Source of the DNA: an uncultured Persicitalea sp.
GTDB lineage: Bacteria; Bacteroidota; Bacteroidia; Cytophagales; Spirosomataceae
Assembly (NCBI GenBank): GCA_950075905.1
Contig: CATMVR010000001.1
Coordinates: 1 to 57,527, forward strand
Direction of reading: 5' to 3'
DNA length: 57,527 nucleotides
The position numbers were made by a program, and so were the translations under genes. Below the pieces are notes generated by a model that had not been told where the DNA came from, did not search any database, and saw nothing but the letters and a program-made list of their open reading frames with translations. Each line of letters opens with the position of its first letter. Position 1 is the stretch's first letter. This document shows, piece after piece, positions 18,358 to 27,011 of this stretch.

Positions 18358-18971
18358 GGGACGGTTTCTTCCTTAGCCTCACTTCGCTGGGTAATTCTGA
18401 AGTTGCGCAGCAGGAATCCCTGGGGATTGACCTCAGACCGGGTAACATCCACCAGGGACGCTTCCGAAACCAGGGTCCGGGTACTCTTATTGGTGGCCCG
18501 CTCCTGGATGATCCTGAACACAGCCCGCACGGTGTAGGGGTATTTCTTCATATCCATCTCGACATGCTCCACGACTACCTTCTGGTTGGTGTTGGTCTGG
18601 ATCAACTTCTGGTAAAAAAGATCCTCCTTCAGACGCTCGTAGGTCAGTTTCACCGATTCATCCGCCAGAAAGGACGCCTTCACGAAATTGGTTTCAATGG
18701 AGCGGGCATCCGGGGGATTGGTGAAGAACAGCTCGTGGAAACGGGTAACGTGGAATACCGCCTCAGCGGGCCGGTTGTCAAGCACATTGGCACTGAATGC
18801 CTCCAGAGCCACTCCCCGGTTCAGTACATAAATCCTTTTTGAGACTTCGGCCGTATGGACAAAAGCCATCACTACCGAAACCACGCAGAGCACCAGGCAA
18901 CCGATCAAGACGGTGAATACCAGCAACCGGGCTCGTTGGTGCCCCTTTTCTAAATCGATCAGCTCTTTCAT
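18354..18971 (-). CDS. traK: Conjugative transfer protein TraK
   Basis: ATG at 18971 (MKELIDLEKGHQRARLLVFTVLIGCLVLCVV..KRIYVLNRGVALEA): an N-terminal TM followed by the IYVLxxG motif typical of TraK. The upstream extension in the track ORF overlaps the preceding small gene. Confidence 0.85.
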   Translation of the reverse strand: MKELIDLEKGHQRARLLVFTVLIGCLVLCVVSVVMAFVHTAEVSKRIYVLNRGVALEAFSANVLDNRPAEAVFHVTRFHELFFTNPPDARSIETNFVKASFLADESVKLTYERLKEDLFYQKLIQTNTNQKVVVEHVEMDMKKYPYTVRAVFRIIQERATNKSTRTLVSEASLVDVTRSEVNPQGFLLRNFRITQRSEAKEETVP

Positions 18972-19180
18972 TCGATACGGTTTGAGGGTTGATTTTTGGA
19001 GTCGTCGATGATCTGCAGTGTCACGCCCTGGTTGTGGAGGTAGGTGATGCGGGTACTTTCCCAGTAGCCCCGGTAGGCCCACAGCACGCAGCCGATGGTC
19101 ATCAGAATGGCCAGCAATGAAATGACAATGGCCTCCAGCTGGGTTTTCAGGTAGCTTTCATAGATGGATCTGCTTCTCAT
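18968..19180 (-). CDS. 70-aa membrane ORF resembling the N-terminus of TraK (partial paralog)
   Basis: MRSRSIYESYLKTQLEAIVISLLAILMTIGCVLWAYRGYWESTRITYLHNQGVTLQI parallels the TraK N-terminus (TM followed by RIYVLNRGVALEA). Its stop overlaps the traK ATG (ATGA). Confidence 0.45.
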   Translation of the reverse strand: MRSRSIYESYLKTQLEAIVISLLAILMTIGCVLWAYRGYWESTRITYLHNQGVTLQIIDDSKNQPSNRIE

Positions 19181-19201
19181 GGGTTTGTTCTTTATTAGGA
19201 A

Positions 19202-20368
19202 TTACGAAAATGGTTTCCTCCCCGGCGTACCATCTGTTCTGGCGAATCCACCCGTCCGTACAGATGAGCCACTGCCGTTTGTCCTTGAATGGGCCATATC
19301 CCTGATGACCGAATTCAGGGCTCCCGCCGTACTCATCGCGGGGGCACTCAGGGGGCCACCGGCAATGCGGGTGCTTCCGATCCGGCGGGCAGAACTGGCC
19401 CCGGCCATTGTTTTGCCGGTCAGTCCCTGGATCATTCCGGAGGTCCCTCCCACCACCATGATCATATTGGTGAGTGAAGGTATCTGGGTGTAGAGGACAA
19501 GCAGGATGATCAGCACTCCGGTGTAGACCAGGCCGAAGGCAAAGGGATCCTGGGCGGGCAGGGTACCCGACATATCGCCGGAAACCATCATCTCGTCCAG
19601 AAAGCCCATGTTCAGGTTCACGGCGATGTTCTGATAGATGCCCGCCACCATGGGCAGCAGCGCGTAATTGATGTACTTGCCAAACCATTCGAGGGCATTG
19701 TTGCTCAGCCCGTCAAAAATGGAAAAGGCCAGCGCCAGGGGAGCAATCACCCGCAGGATGATCCGGTACACCGCGGAAATCAGGTAGAGGATGATGTAGG
19801 CGATGTCTCCCAGCAGCGAGAGCATGGACTGTGTGAAATCATAGAGCGCCGATTTGAAATCGTCCGCCATTTTGCCGGTGGCTATGTTGAAGGATTTGAT
19901 CACCACCGCAAAAACATCCTCGCCGGGTTCCCCGAATTCGGTTGCGTAGGCGTCCTCGCTTTCCTCAATATCCTTCCATTTTTTCCTGACGGCTTCATCC
20001 CGTTTCTGCTGCAGCCGGGCCACCCTTACCCGCACCGATTCACTGTCGGCCTGGGCGGCCACGGCCACTTTCTTAAAGGTAGCGTCTATCAGGTCCGTAA
20101 GCTGGGGCACCAGCCCGATCAGAATCATCAGACCAAAGGGCCGGAGCAGGGGGAGGAAGTTGATCCCCTCGTTGCGGACGATCTGACCCGAAATCTTGGA
20201 GGCTATGTAGCACAGTCCGGCAATGCCGGCAATGGCCCGGGAGGCGTTCATGAGCTCCACCCCGATACCACTTCCGTAGGTGTTTCCCGCAATTTCCCGG
20301 GCGTACATCGTATCGATGATCTTGAGCAAATCGGCGCTGCCGAATGCCAGTAGGGTGGTGAGCATCAT
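19202..20368 (-). CDS. traJ: Conjugative transfer protein TraJ (VirB6-like polytopic membrane protein)
   Basis: 388 aa with multiple TM segments, in the position after the traI-like gene and before traK. Its start overlaps the upstream stop (ATGA at 20365-20368). Confidence 0.82.
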   Translation of the reverse strand: MMLTTLLAFGSADLLKIIDTMYAREIAGNTYGSGIGVELMNASRAIAGIAGLCYIASKISGQIVRNEGINFLPLLRPFGLMILIGLVPQLTDLIDATFKKVAVAAQADSESVRVRVARLQQKRDEAVRKKWKDIEESEDAYATEFGEPGEDVFAVVIKSFNIATGKMADDFKSALYDFTQSMLSLLGDIAYIILYLISAVYRIILRVIAPLALAFSIFDGLSNNALEWFGKYINYALLPMVAGIYQNIAVNLNMGFLDEMMVSGDMSGTLPAQDPFAFGLVYTGVLIILLVLYTQIPSLTNMIMVVGGTSGMIQGLTGKTMAGASSARRIGSTRIAGGPLSAPAMSTAGALNSVIRDMAHSRTNGSGSSVRTGGFARTDGTPGRKPFS

Positions 20369-21552
20369 TGTGGTTTGGTTTTGGTGGTGGACTGTCCCTT
20401 GTATTTTTGGGCAATGGCCCGGTTGGCGGCATCCAGTTTTTCATTCATCTCCCGTTGGTACTGTTCCCGGAGCGGGGCGATGGTCTGCTGGATGAGCCGG
20501 TTGCGTTCAAAGTCAATGCGCTTCTCATAGGCATCCCACAGGGGCCCGCAGACTTCCTCCATCTGGTATTCCCAGTCCTTCACCGCCTTGTCGAAGGCGT
20601 TTTTCCCCTTGTCCTCATAGGTGGTGGTGAACGTGGCCCCGCTGGCCGAATCGTAGTGCATGGTCGTGGCAAAGAAGGTGTTCTGTGGAGTCAGTTGCGG
20701 AATCATGGGACAACTTCCCTCCCTCATCTTGATGTTGTAAAAACCAGCCTTGGTGGTTTTGGGTATTTGCAGGCTAGCCAGAGATTCCGCCTCCAGTTCC
20801 GCAATGCGCAGTTTGGTATCGTATTCCTGGTACAGTTTCTGTTGAATCAGCGCGGCTTCCTGGGCCATCCGTCGCTCCACCTCGAAATCCACCTCCTCGT
20901 TATCGTACTCATTCCCGTAGGTATAGCCCGGAAACTCATCCACCCCGCTGAAGCTGCTGCCACCGGCCCTCGTAACTTCCGAGGCAATGTTGTACAACCG
21001 GGCCGTAGCGGCCTTGTCCTCCGCTCCGAAAGACCTTCGCTGGGAGATGTAGTTGATCCTGCCCACGTACCGGCGGATCTCTCCGTTCAGCCGCTGCAGG
21101 CGTTCTGAGGCATCATTCACCAGTTTGAGGCGGTGGCCATCGTCCATACTGGAATTTTTCTGTTGGACAACCTCGGCCAAATCGGTGGTGATGGCGGCCA
21201 CTTCCCTGGCAAAGGAAACAAAGTCCCTGGAAATGACCGAGTACTCGCTGGAAAGGATGTGTCGGTCCGCGGCCATCACCCGGCCGTAGTTGTTAATCAG
21301 CGAGAGGGTCGTGGTGGCTTCTTTGGCCAATTCCACCCCGCGGCCAGCCTGTCTGATGAATTTCGATATCTGCACCAGCTTTTTGACGTTACCCACCAGC
21401 TGTCCGAAGGAAGGCTCCTGAAAGAATTTGATGATTGTGGTTACCGTCGTATGGATGGGGTCATAGGTGACCATTTGGGCCCGGCTGGAAACCAGTCCGC
21501 AGGCGGTCAGGGCCAGTCCCAGTGAAATCCGGTAAATCCATTTTTTTTCCAT
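20365..21552 (-). CDS. Secreted coiled-coil conjugal transfer protein in the traH/traI position (VirB5/TrbJ-like N-terminus)
   Basis: 395 aa with signal peptide MEKKWIYRISLGLALTACGLVSSRAQ. It then has MVTYDPIHTTVTTI.. and long helical segments. It is located between VirB4-like traG and traJ. Confidence 0.65.
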   Translation of the reverse strand: MEKKWIYRISLGLALTACGLVSSRAQMVTYDPIHTTVTTIIKFFQEPSFGQLVGNVKKLVQISKFIRQAGRGVELAKEATTTLSLINNYGRVMAADRHILSSEYSVISRDFVSFAREVAAITTDLAEVVQQKNSSMDDGHRLKLVNDASERLQRLNGEIRRYVGRINYISQRRSFGAEDKAATARLYNIASEVTRAGGSSFSGVDEFPGYTYGNEYDNEEVDFEVERRMAQEAALIQQKLYQEYDTKLRIAELEAESLASLQIPKTTKAGFYNIKMREGSCPMIPQLTPQNTFFATTMHYDSASGATFTTTYEDKGKNAFDKAVKDWEYQMEEVCGPLWDAYEKRIDFERNRLIQQTIAPLREQYQREMNEKLDAANRAIAQKYKGQSTTKTKPQ

Positions 21553-21610
21553 GCTTTTGATGAATTTGATCTTCTATGTATTCGATGGCTTCGGTTTTCC
21601 CCGCCGGGCT

Positions 21611-21633
21611 AAAAGTGACACCGTGTCACTTTT
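21611..21633. repeat. 23-bp palindrome AAAAGTGACA-CCG-TGTCACTTTT, copy 1 (inside the tra operon, between the traG stop and the next gene)
   Basis: Identical to 30554-30576. It shares both 10-bp arms with 32646-32668. Confidence 0.85.
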
Positions 21634-21642
21634 ACAAGTACC

Positions 21643-24177
21643 TCAGGGCCTACCTTTCGCATACTGTTCCGCCCGCTCTCCCCTACCCCATGCCCGGATG
21701 GCCTTTTGGGTATCTCCCTGGTAGGCCACCCGGGCCAGGTTTTCAATTTGCTCCACTTCGCTTTTCTTGGTAGTGAAAGCCGCATACGCACTGGACGAAA
21801 CCTCGATGCCATACACCTTCGTCAGGTCTTTCAGCATCACGCAGGCCTCCCGGTACGGGGGGCGACGGTGGTCGAGCGACCGGTTGACGCTCTGCACGAT
21901 GGCCGACTGTTTCGGACTCAGACCGAGGAGTTCCTCAATTTCAGAAAACCGGTTCTCGTAGTTCTTCTGATCCAGTAGCACCTTGATGTCCGCGTTGTTG
22001 ATGATGGCATCCTTCACCACATCGCTCCCCACCAGGTCATCCAGTTCCTGCGTCACCACCACCAGGGCACCATCATGCTTACGAACGGTTTTGGAAGCCC
22101 AGCGGAGAAAGTTGGCGAATTTCTCCTTGGTCAGGGCCTTCCAGGCTTCTTCAATGATCAGGGTCTTGATCACCCCCCGCACATTGAAGAGCTTCCGCAC
22201 ATAGGTGTTCATGATCATGATGGTGGTGACGGGAAACAGCACCGGATGATCCTTGATGTTGTCGAGTTCATAGATGACGAAGGGAAGGTCCATCAAATCA
22301 ATGTTGGAAGTGGAATTCAACAGAAAGCCATATTGCCCGTCCCGGTAGTAGGGCCTGAGGCAGTACAGGAAGTTCCTGAGGTCAAATTCCAGGCCGTCCC
22401 TTCCTCCGTTCCGGGAGAACACGGCGGGATAGGAGTTTCTGGTATAGTCGTAGAAGGTGTCGAAGCAGGGGAAGATCCTGCTTCCTTCTAGCCTTTCCAG
22501 CCGCAGGGACAGGTAGTAGTTGTGGAGTATGTCGCGGATGGTCGTCAATTCCGCATTGGTGATACGTTCGTTGTCCGTCTTCCAAAGCGACAGCAACAGC
22601 TCCGAAAGGGCGTCCTCGTCTTCCTCCCTGGGTTGCAGGTCCCGGAAAAAGAACGGGTTGAAGCTGATGGGATTTTCCTTTTCATAGGTGATGTAGCGGC
22701 CCCCCATTACCTCGCAGAGTCTCCGGTAACTGTGGCCGACATCCACAATGCTGACATGCATCCCCGCGGTCAGCAGGTAGTATACCATGTTGTTGGTGAA
22801 AAATGACTTGCCGGATCCCGACGGCCCGACGATGAAGGTGTTCCGGTTGGAGATGTGTCCCTTCCGGAGGGGTTCATCGAAAAGATCTACCATCTTGGGA
22901 TGGCCGAACCGGTCCGTCAGACGAATGCCCGACTTTGAGAAGGGAGCATCATTGTAATTGCCTTCCAGGGCCAGCAGGCAGGTGGCTTCCTCCGCGAAGC
23001 AGGTCAGCCAGTTGTCCTTTCCCAATTCGGCGATATTGCCCGGGATGCAGGACCAGTACAGGGTGGAAGCATCATGCCGGGCCAGGCGCGGGGTGAAACC
23101 GATGGTGGACAGTGCGGATGCCGTACTGGACCGGTAGCTTTCGGCCGTCTCCCGGTCACACTCCCACACCATGATGTTGAAGTGCGCCCGGACGGGAACC
23201 CTGGCGCTTTTTTCCATTTCAAGCAGGAACTCATCCTTATAACCCATGCTTACCTGATTGCTCTTTTCCCATTCCGAAAAGGAATGGTGCCTTTTTATCT
23301 CGGAGACCAGTCGTTTGGAGAGGGCATCACGGTCCTCAATCCGGATCACCTGGTTGTAGATGTGGTTGAAGGGCAGTCCCAGCCCCAGAAAGGCACCGGT
23401 ACTGACGGGAATGCCGAACCGATCGGAAGAATAGGGCTCATACAACAGGGAGTTGGACAGGATCGGGGGAAAGACCCCCAGTTCGGAAATGACGTAGGTA
23501 AAGGCCGTTTTGCTACCCACCCGCAGGGAACCATCCCCTGCAGTCTCCATTTCGTGCAGGCTCCGGTCATCGAAACTCAGGCTGGTGTAGTTTTCCAGGA
23601 GTCCGGCCCTGGTGTTGCTTCCGACAATCTCATCGAGGGACAAGCGCCGCAGGCTGACCCTTCCCGAACCATTCAGCAGGTACTCGAATTGCTCACAGGC
23701 ATCCAGGAAGAGATCCCAGGTCACCGGTTGTAGCAAGTCCCTGGGCACCAGGTGCCTTTTCAAGAGCGAGGAATGTCGCGAGGACCGGGTAATCTGGGTT
23801 TTTCCGTCCAGATTGGGCCGGGTGATGAAGACATACCCCTTGTGCCGAAGGTAAGGGCGCTCCGCGAAATGCATCTCATTGTCGAAGGCCACAAAATTTC
23901 CATTTCGTACCGTCACACTGTTCAGATCCGGTTCATACGCATGGGCGATGTACCAATCCTGCTTATGCATGATATAACCGGTGGGAAGGGTTTTTATGGC
24001 ACTGGCGTAGGCTTCACTGATCAGATCGATTTCCCCCTCCGACAGCGTGAAAATCTCCGGGTGGGTCACTTCAAAGACCATGGTAAGGTCACAATTGACC
24101 GAAATAATCACCCCGTTGTCCTCATCTATCCGGAAAATGGGATAAATTTCTTCAAATTTCTTCACTCGGTTGCTCAT
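21643..24177 (-). CDS. traG: Conjugative transfer ATPase TraG (VirB4 family)
   Basis: 844 aa with Walker A FIVGPSGSGKSFF and a Walker B-like LIIEEAWKAL. Size and position are typical of CTnDOT-type TraG. Confidence 0.92.
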   Translation of the reverse strand: MSNRVKKFEEIYPIFRIDEDNGVIISVNCDLTMVFEVTHPEIFTLSEGEIDLISEAYASAIKTLPTGYIMHKQDWYIAHAYEPDLNSVTVRNGNFVAFDNEMHFAERPYLRHKGYVFITRPNLDGKTQITRSSRHSSLLKRHLVPRDLLQPVTWDLFLDACEQFEYLLNGSGRVSLRRLSLDEIVGSNTRAGLLENYTSLSFDDRSLHEMETAGDGSLRVGSKTAFTYVISELGVFPPILSNSLLYEPYSSDRFGIPVSTGAFLGLGLPFNHIYNQVIRIEDRDALSKRLVSEIKRHHSFSEWEKSNQVSMGYKDEFLLEMEKSARVPVRAHFNIMVWECDRETAESYRSSTASALSTIGFTPRLARHDASTLYWSCIPGNIAELGKDNWLTCFAEEATCLLALEGNYNDAPFSKSGIRLTDRFGHPKMVDLFDEPLRKGHISNRNTFIVGPSGSGKSFFTNNMVYYLLTAGMHVSIVDVGHSYRRLCEVMGGRYITYEKENPISFNPFFFRDLQPREEDEDALSELLLSLWKTDNERITNAELTTIRDILHNYYLSLRLERLEGSRIFPCFDTFYDYTRNSYPAVFSRNGGRDGLEFDLRNFLYCLRPYYRDGQYGFLLNSTSNIDLMDLPFVIYELDNIKDHPVLFPVTTIMIMNTYVRKLFNVRGVIKTLIIEEAWKALTKEKFANFLRWASKTVRKHDGALVVVTQELDDLVGSDVVKDAIINNADIKVLLDQKNYENRFSEIEELLGLSPKQSAIVQSVNRSLDHRRPPYREACVMLKDLTKVYGIEVSSSAYAAFTTKKSEVEQIENLARVAYQGDTQKAIRAWGRGERAEQYAKGRP

Positions 24178-24512
24178 GATGGTTTCGTCCTTGTGGTTGA
24201 ATCAATTCGCAGGATGGACCGGATGGATTTGTACCGGACCACGTACCGGGGTTGCAGGTTTTTGACCGGCAGCTTGTCAAAGCCCCACCGTCCGTGGGAC
24301 TTGTTGTAGGCGGTTGGAACCGCATAGGAGGCACCCAGTCCCAAACAGAGAAATACGATATTGATGCCGAGTGGCATACCGACAATGTGCAGCAGGAGGG
24401 TGACCATGATGCACCCCACCGCTCCCCCGGCCGCCAGGTAAAAGTAGCGTCCTTTCAGCCCCTTGAACTCAATTTCATTGTCAATTCCGCGGTAAATGGT
24501 ATACTGTTTCAT
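24174..24512 (-). CDS. traF: Conjugative transfer protein TraF (DUF4133 type)
   Basis: 112 aa. The N-terminus MKQYTIYRGIDNEIEFKGLKGRYFYLAAGG followed by TM helices matches the TraF pattern. Its stop overlaps the traG ATG. Confidence 0.8.
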   Translation of the reverse strand: MKQYTIYRGIDNEIEFKGLKGRYFYLAAGGAVGCIMVTLLLHIVGMPLGINIVFLCLGLGASYAVPTAYNKSHGRWGFDKLPVKNLQPRYVVRYKSIRSILRIDSTTRTKPS

Positions 24513-24521
24513 AAGCCCTGT

Positions 24522-24959
24522 CTAATGTAAAATCGAATCAATGATCCAGCCCATCATGAATAGAAACATGAGCGAACCAAACCATTTCAGCATGAATTCA
24601 TAAATATCCTCCTCGCCATCCCGGAACTTCCGGTACACGCGCACCAGGCCGATGATGGCCAGGGCCATGCCGATGTAGAGCGCCGCCTGGTGGGCTTCCG
24701 AAGCGTACGCCACGGCGACAAAATGGGGCGAGGTGCCGGCACTGGCCCATCCGGCCCCATCGGTATAGATGAAGGCCTCGACCGCGTATATGAGCGCTGA
24801 AGCCCCCACCAGGCCTCCCAGCCACCGGATGGCGGGGCCCTCGAAATCATCCCCCTTCTGCATACCCTGATAGATCCGGATACCGGCGATAAGGCCGGCC
24901 ACCGCAATGAGTGACAGGCTCACTAACTTCGTCATTGCCCAGGCGTGCTCGATACTCAT
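24522..24959 (-). CDS. TraE/DUF4134-like membrane protein, paralog 3 (extended C-terminus)
   Basis: It contains AGLIAGIRIYQGMQKGDDFEGPAIRWLGGLVGA, alignable with the TraE core GGFRIYSKWQNGDQDVQKNAIGWVGAVL. Confidence 0.65.
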   Translation of the reverse strand: MSIEHAWAMTKLVSLSLIAVAGLIAGIRIYQGMQKGDDFEGPAIRWLGGLVGASALIYAVEAFIYTDGAGWASAGTSPHFVAVAYASEAHQAALYIGMALAIIGLVRVYRKFRDGEEDIYEFMLKWFGSLMFLFMMGWIIDSILH

Positions 24960-24970
24960 ATCACATCCGT

Positions 24971-25336
24971 TTAGTTACCCATGAAGCTGCCCACGTTGGC
25001 ATCGCCCTGTAAGGGCGTTTGGGAGGAGGCTATTCGCTGAAGAGCCGTCCCGATCACCAGTACGGCCAGGATGGCTCCCAGCCAGCGAAACACGTACACT
25101 TTCACCTGATCGTCCCCGTTCATGATTCGGGTGTAGATCTTGATTCCTCCCAGCAGGCCCATGAAGGCGCAAATCACGAAGGAAAAGTTGGCAAAGACAT
25201 CCAGGTTTTCGGAGAGCGGACGGGTGATGTACCGGTCCAGTATGGATCCATCAATGGACCCCTCCCCGGTGCCCAGCAAGGGTTGGGACTGGGCTACCAG
25301 GAAACAAAGCGTTGAATACATGGCCATGTTGGTCAT
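24971..25336 (-). CDS. TraE/DUF4134-like membrane protein, paralog 2
   Basis: Starts at the ATG at 25336 (MTNMAMYSTLCFLVAQSQ..). It contains GLLGGIKIYTRIMNGDDQVKVYVFRWLGAILAVLV. The track N-terminal extension overlaps traE. Confidence 0.65.
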   Translation of the reverse strand: MTNMAMYSTLCFLVAQSQPLLGTGEGSIDGSILDRYITRPLSENLDVFANFSFVICAFMGLLGGIKIYTRIMNGDDQVKVYVFRWLGAILAVLVIGTALQRIASSQTPLQGDANVGSFMGN

Positions 25337-25344
25337 CGTTTGGT

Positions 25345-25668
25345 TTATGCGAAGAACACCGCCTGCAATACCGCCGCGATCGCCAGCAGGAACAGGACCG
25401 CTCCCACCCAGCCAATGGCGTTTTTCTGCACATCCTGATCCCCGTTTTGCCATTTGGAGTAAATTCTAAAGCCCCCGAACAGCCCCACCAGGGCCGCAAT
25501 GATGTAAACCAGCGTAGTCACCGGCTCGAAATACGCCTGCAAATCGGCCGACGCCTGCTGAATGGCCTGCGCGCCGGCCTGAATGCCCGGATTCTGGGCA
25601 AACCCCGGAACTCCCGTCAGCAGGGACGTGCCGCCCGCCCCAAGGATCACTGCTACACATTTTTTCAT
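25345..25668 (-). CDS. traE: Conjugative transfer protein TraE (DUF4134, VirB2 pilin-like)
   Basis: 107 aa with a signal peptide (MKKCVAVILGAGGTSLLTGVPGFAQ), two hydrophobic helices and the FGGFRIYSKWQNGD motif. Confidence 0.8.
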   Translation of the reverse strand: MKKCVAVILGAGGTSLLTGVPGFAQNPGIQAGAQAIQQASADLQAYFEPVTTLVYIIAALVGLFGGFRIYSKWQNGDQDVQKNAIGWVGAVLFLLAIAAVLQAVFFA

Positions 25669-25727
25669 GTACTGGTTATTTATTGGTAAAATTTGATAAA
25701 AACATTCCCGGTATCCTGAGGAGAAAA

Positions 25728-26441
25728 TCAGCGTATCGTCCCTACGGTGTTTCTCCCACCCGGGTTTACCGCATTGAGGATGATTTTTTCCCTTGATTCG
25801 AGGGATTCAGAAATGACCTCTTCCCGGCTCTTGCCCTTATGTCCGATGAGCCTTGCGATGCGGTCCTCTATAACCCGGTACTCCTCGTCCAGGTAGGGGT
25901 AGGCCTCCGGATCCGTTGCAAGACTGTACCGTACCCGGCTGAGAAGCTGGCGTTCCTCATCCGTCAGATCTCCTTCCATAGGTCCATCGAGGTCTTCATC
26001 ATCCGCCCCGCCGGTATCCTCTCCCGGGCTGGGCCAGTCAGAGTCCTCTTCCTCCTCCCCGTTAGCTTCCTCCTGAGCATAGGGGCTGTATCCGGCCGCA
26101 TGCAGCGGTTCCTGCCAAAGCTCCTCCTGCGGAAGGGTAGTCTGTTGGGGGGGGCTGCCGGGGAAGGTGGCCTGGTGGTCGAAGAAAAAGGAGTCCTCTT
26201 CGGCAGGCTCTTGCTCGCTATCAAGGCCTCCGCCGCTGTGTTGCGGGTGGGGGGCCATGTGTGGGCTTCCCCCGCGCATGGAGTCGAATCCCGAAACGGG
26301 CGGCCTCTTGTGCAAATCGTTCTTTTTCCCGGACAGAAGGCCCTGGTAGGACAGATACAGGAAGGCGTATACGAGAAAGCCTACTAGTGAAAGCAGCAGG
26401 TACATGCCGTTGCTGATGATGGGTTGACTGATCAATGGCAT
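25728..26441 (-). CDS. Membrane-anchored, acidic/proline-rich hypothetical protein (traC/traD position)
   Basis: 237 aa with an N-terminal TM (MYLLLSLVGFLVYAFLYLSY). It has a long low-complexity acidic stretch (EEANGEEEEDSDW..GGADDEDLDG) and a structured C-terminal ~70 aa. Confidence 0.6.
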   Translation of the reverse strand: MPLISQPIISNGMYLLLSLVGFLVYAFLYLSYQGLLSGKKNDLHKRPPVSGFDSMRGGSPHMAPHPQHSGGGLDSEQEPAEEDSFFFDHQATFPGSPPQQTTLPQEELWQEPLHAAGYSPYAQEEANGEEEEDSDWPSPGEDTGGADDEDLDGPMEGDLTDEERQLLSRVRYSLATDPEAYPYLDEEYRVIEDRIARLIGHKGKSREEVISESLESREKIILNAVNPGGRNTVGTIR

Positions 26442-26450
26442 AGTTTTTAA

Positions 26451-27011
26451 CTATTTGAAATGTAAGGGAATCAATATTTTCGGGGCGTCATCCTCCATCC
26501 GGCGGGCGGGATCCACCACATAATTTTTGCCTGAAACCATTTTACCCCGGGCCGGGGCCACTTCCAGAAAAGTACCCTCCCTCCTTTCCACCAGGTTGGC
26601 CGATTTCACCAGGGGTTCGAGCACAACCAGGTTGGGATATCGCTCCACCACGGTTCGGGCCTGGCGGTATTCTATGGTGGTGGTTTCCCGCAGGTGATGC
26701 AGCCACACTGCCAGCCCGGCCACGAGTACCGCCGTCCAGGCCCACGAGTGCCTGCCCAGGCCATAGGAAAAAGCTATCCAGGGCTTATCGGTTGCAACGG
26801 GTTGAATGGCCCTTCTCAACTGCTCCATTTCCCTGGCTACCCGTTCAAGATTCTCAATATTGCTTTGTGTCTCCCGTTGTCCGATTTCCCACACCTCATG
26901 GAGCAGGGCGGCCGTCAGCGTATCCATCTCCAATCCGTATTTATCGCGGAACCTCCCTCCTATCCGGCACAAATCCTCCCCGGAAACTCTTTCGGTTTCA
27001 CCCAACTTCAT
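26451..27011 (-). CDS. Hypothetical tra-operon protein (traB/traC position), one central TM
   Basis: 186 aa. Its start overlaps the traA-like stop (27008-27011). Hydrophobic segment WAWTAVLVAGLAVWL. Confidence 0.6.
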   Translation of the reverse strand: MKLGETERVSGEDLCRIGGRFRDKYGLEMDTLTAALLHEVWEIGQRETQSNIENLERVAREMEQLRRAIQPVATDKPWIAFSYGLGRHSWAWTAVLVAGLAVWLHHLRETTTIEYRQARTVVERYPNLVVLEPLVKSANLVERREGTFLEVAPARGKMVSGKNYVVDPARRMEDDAPKILIPLHFK

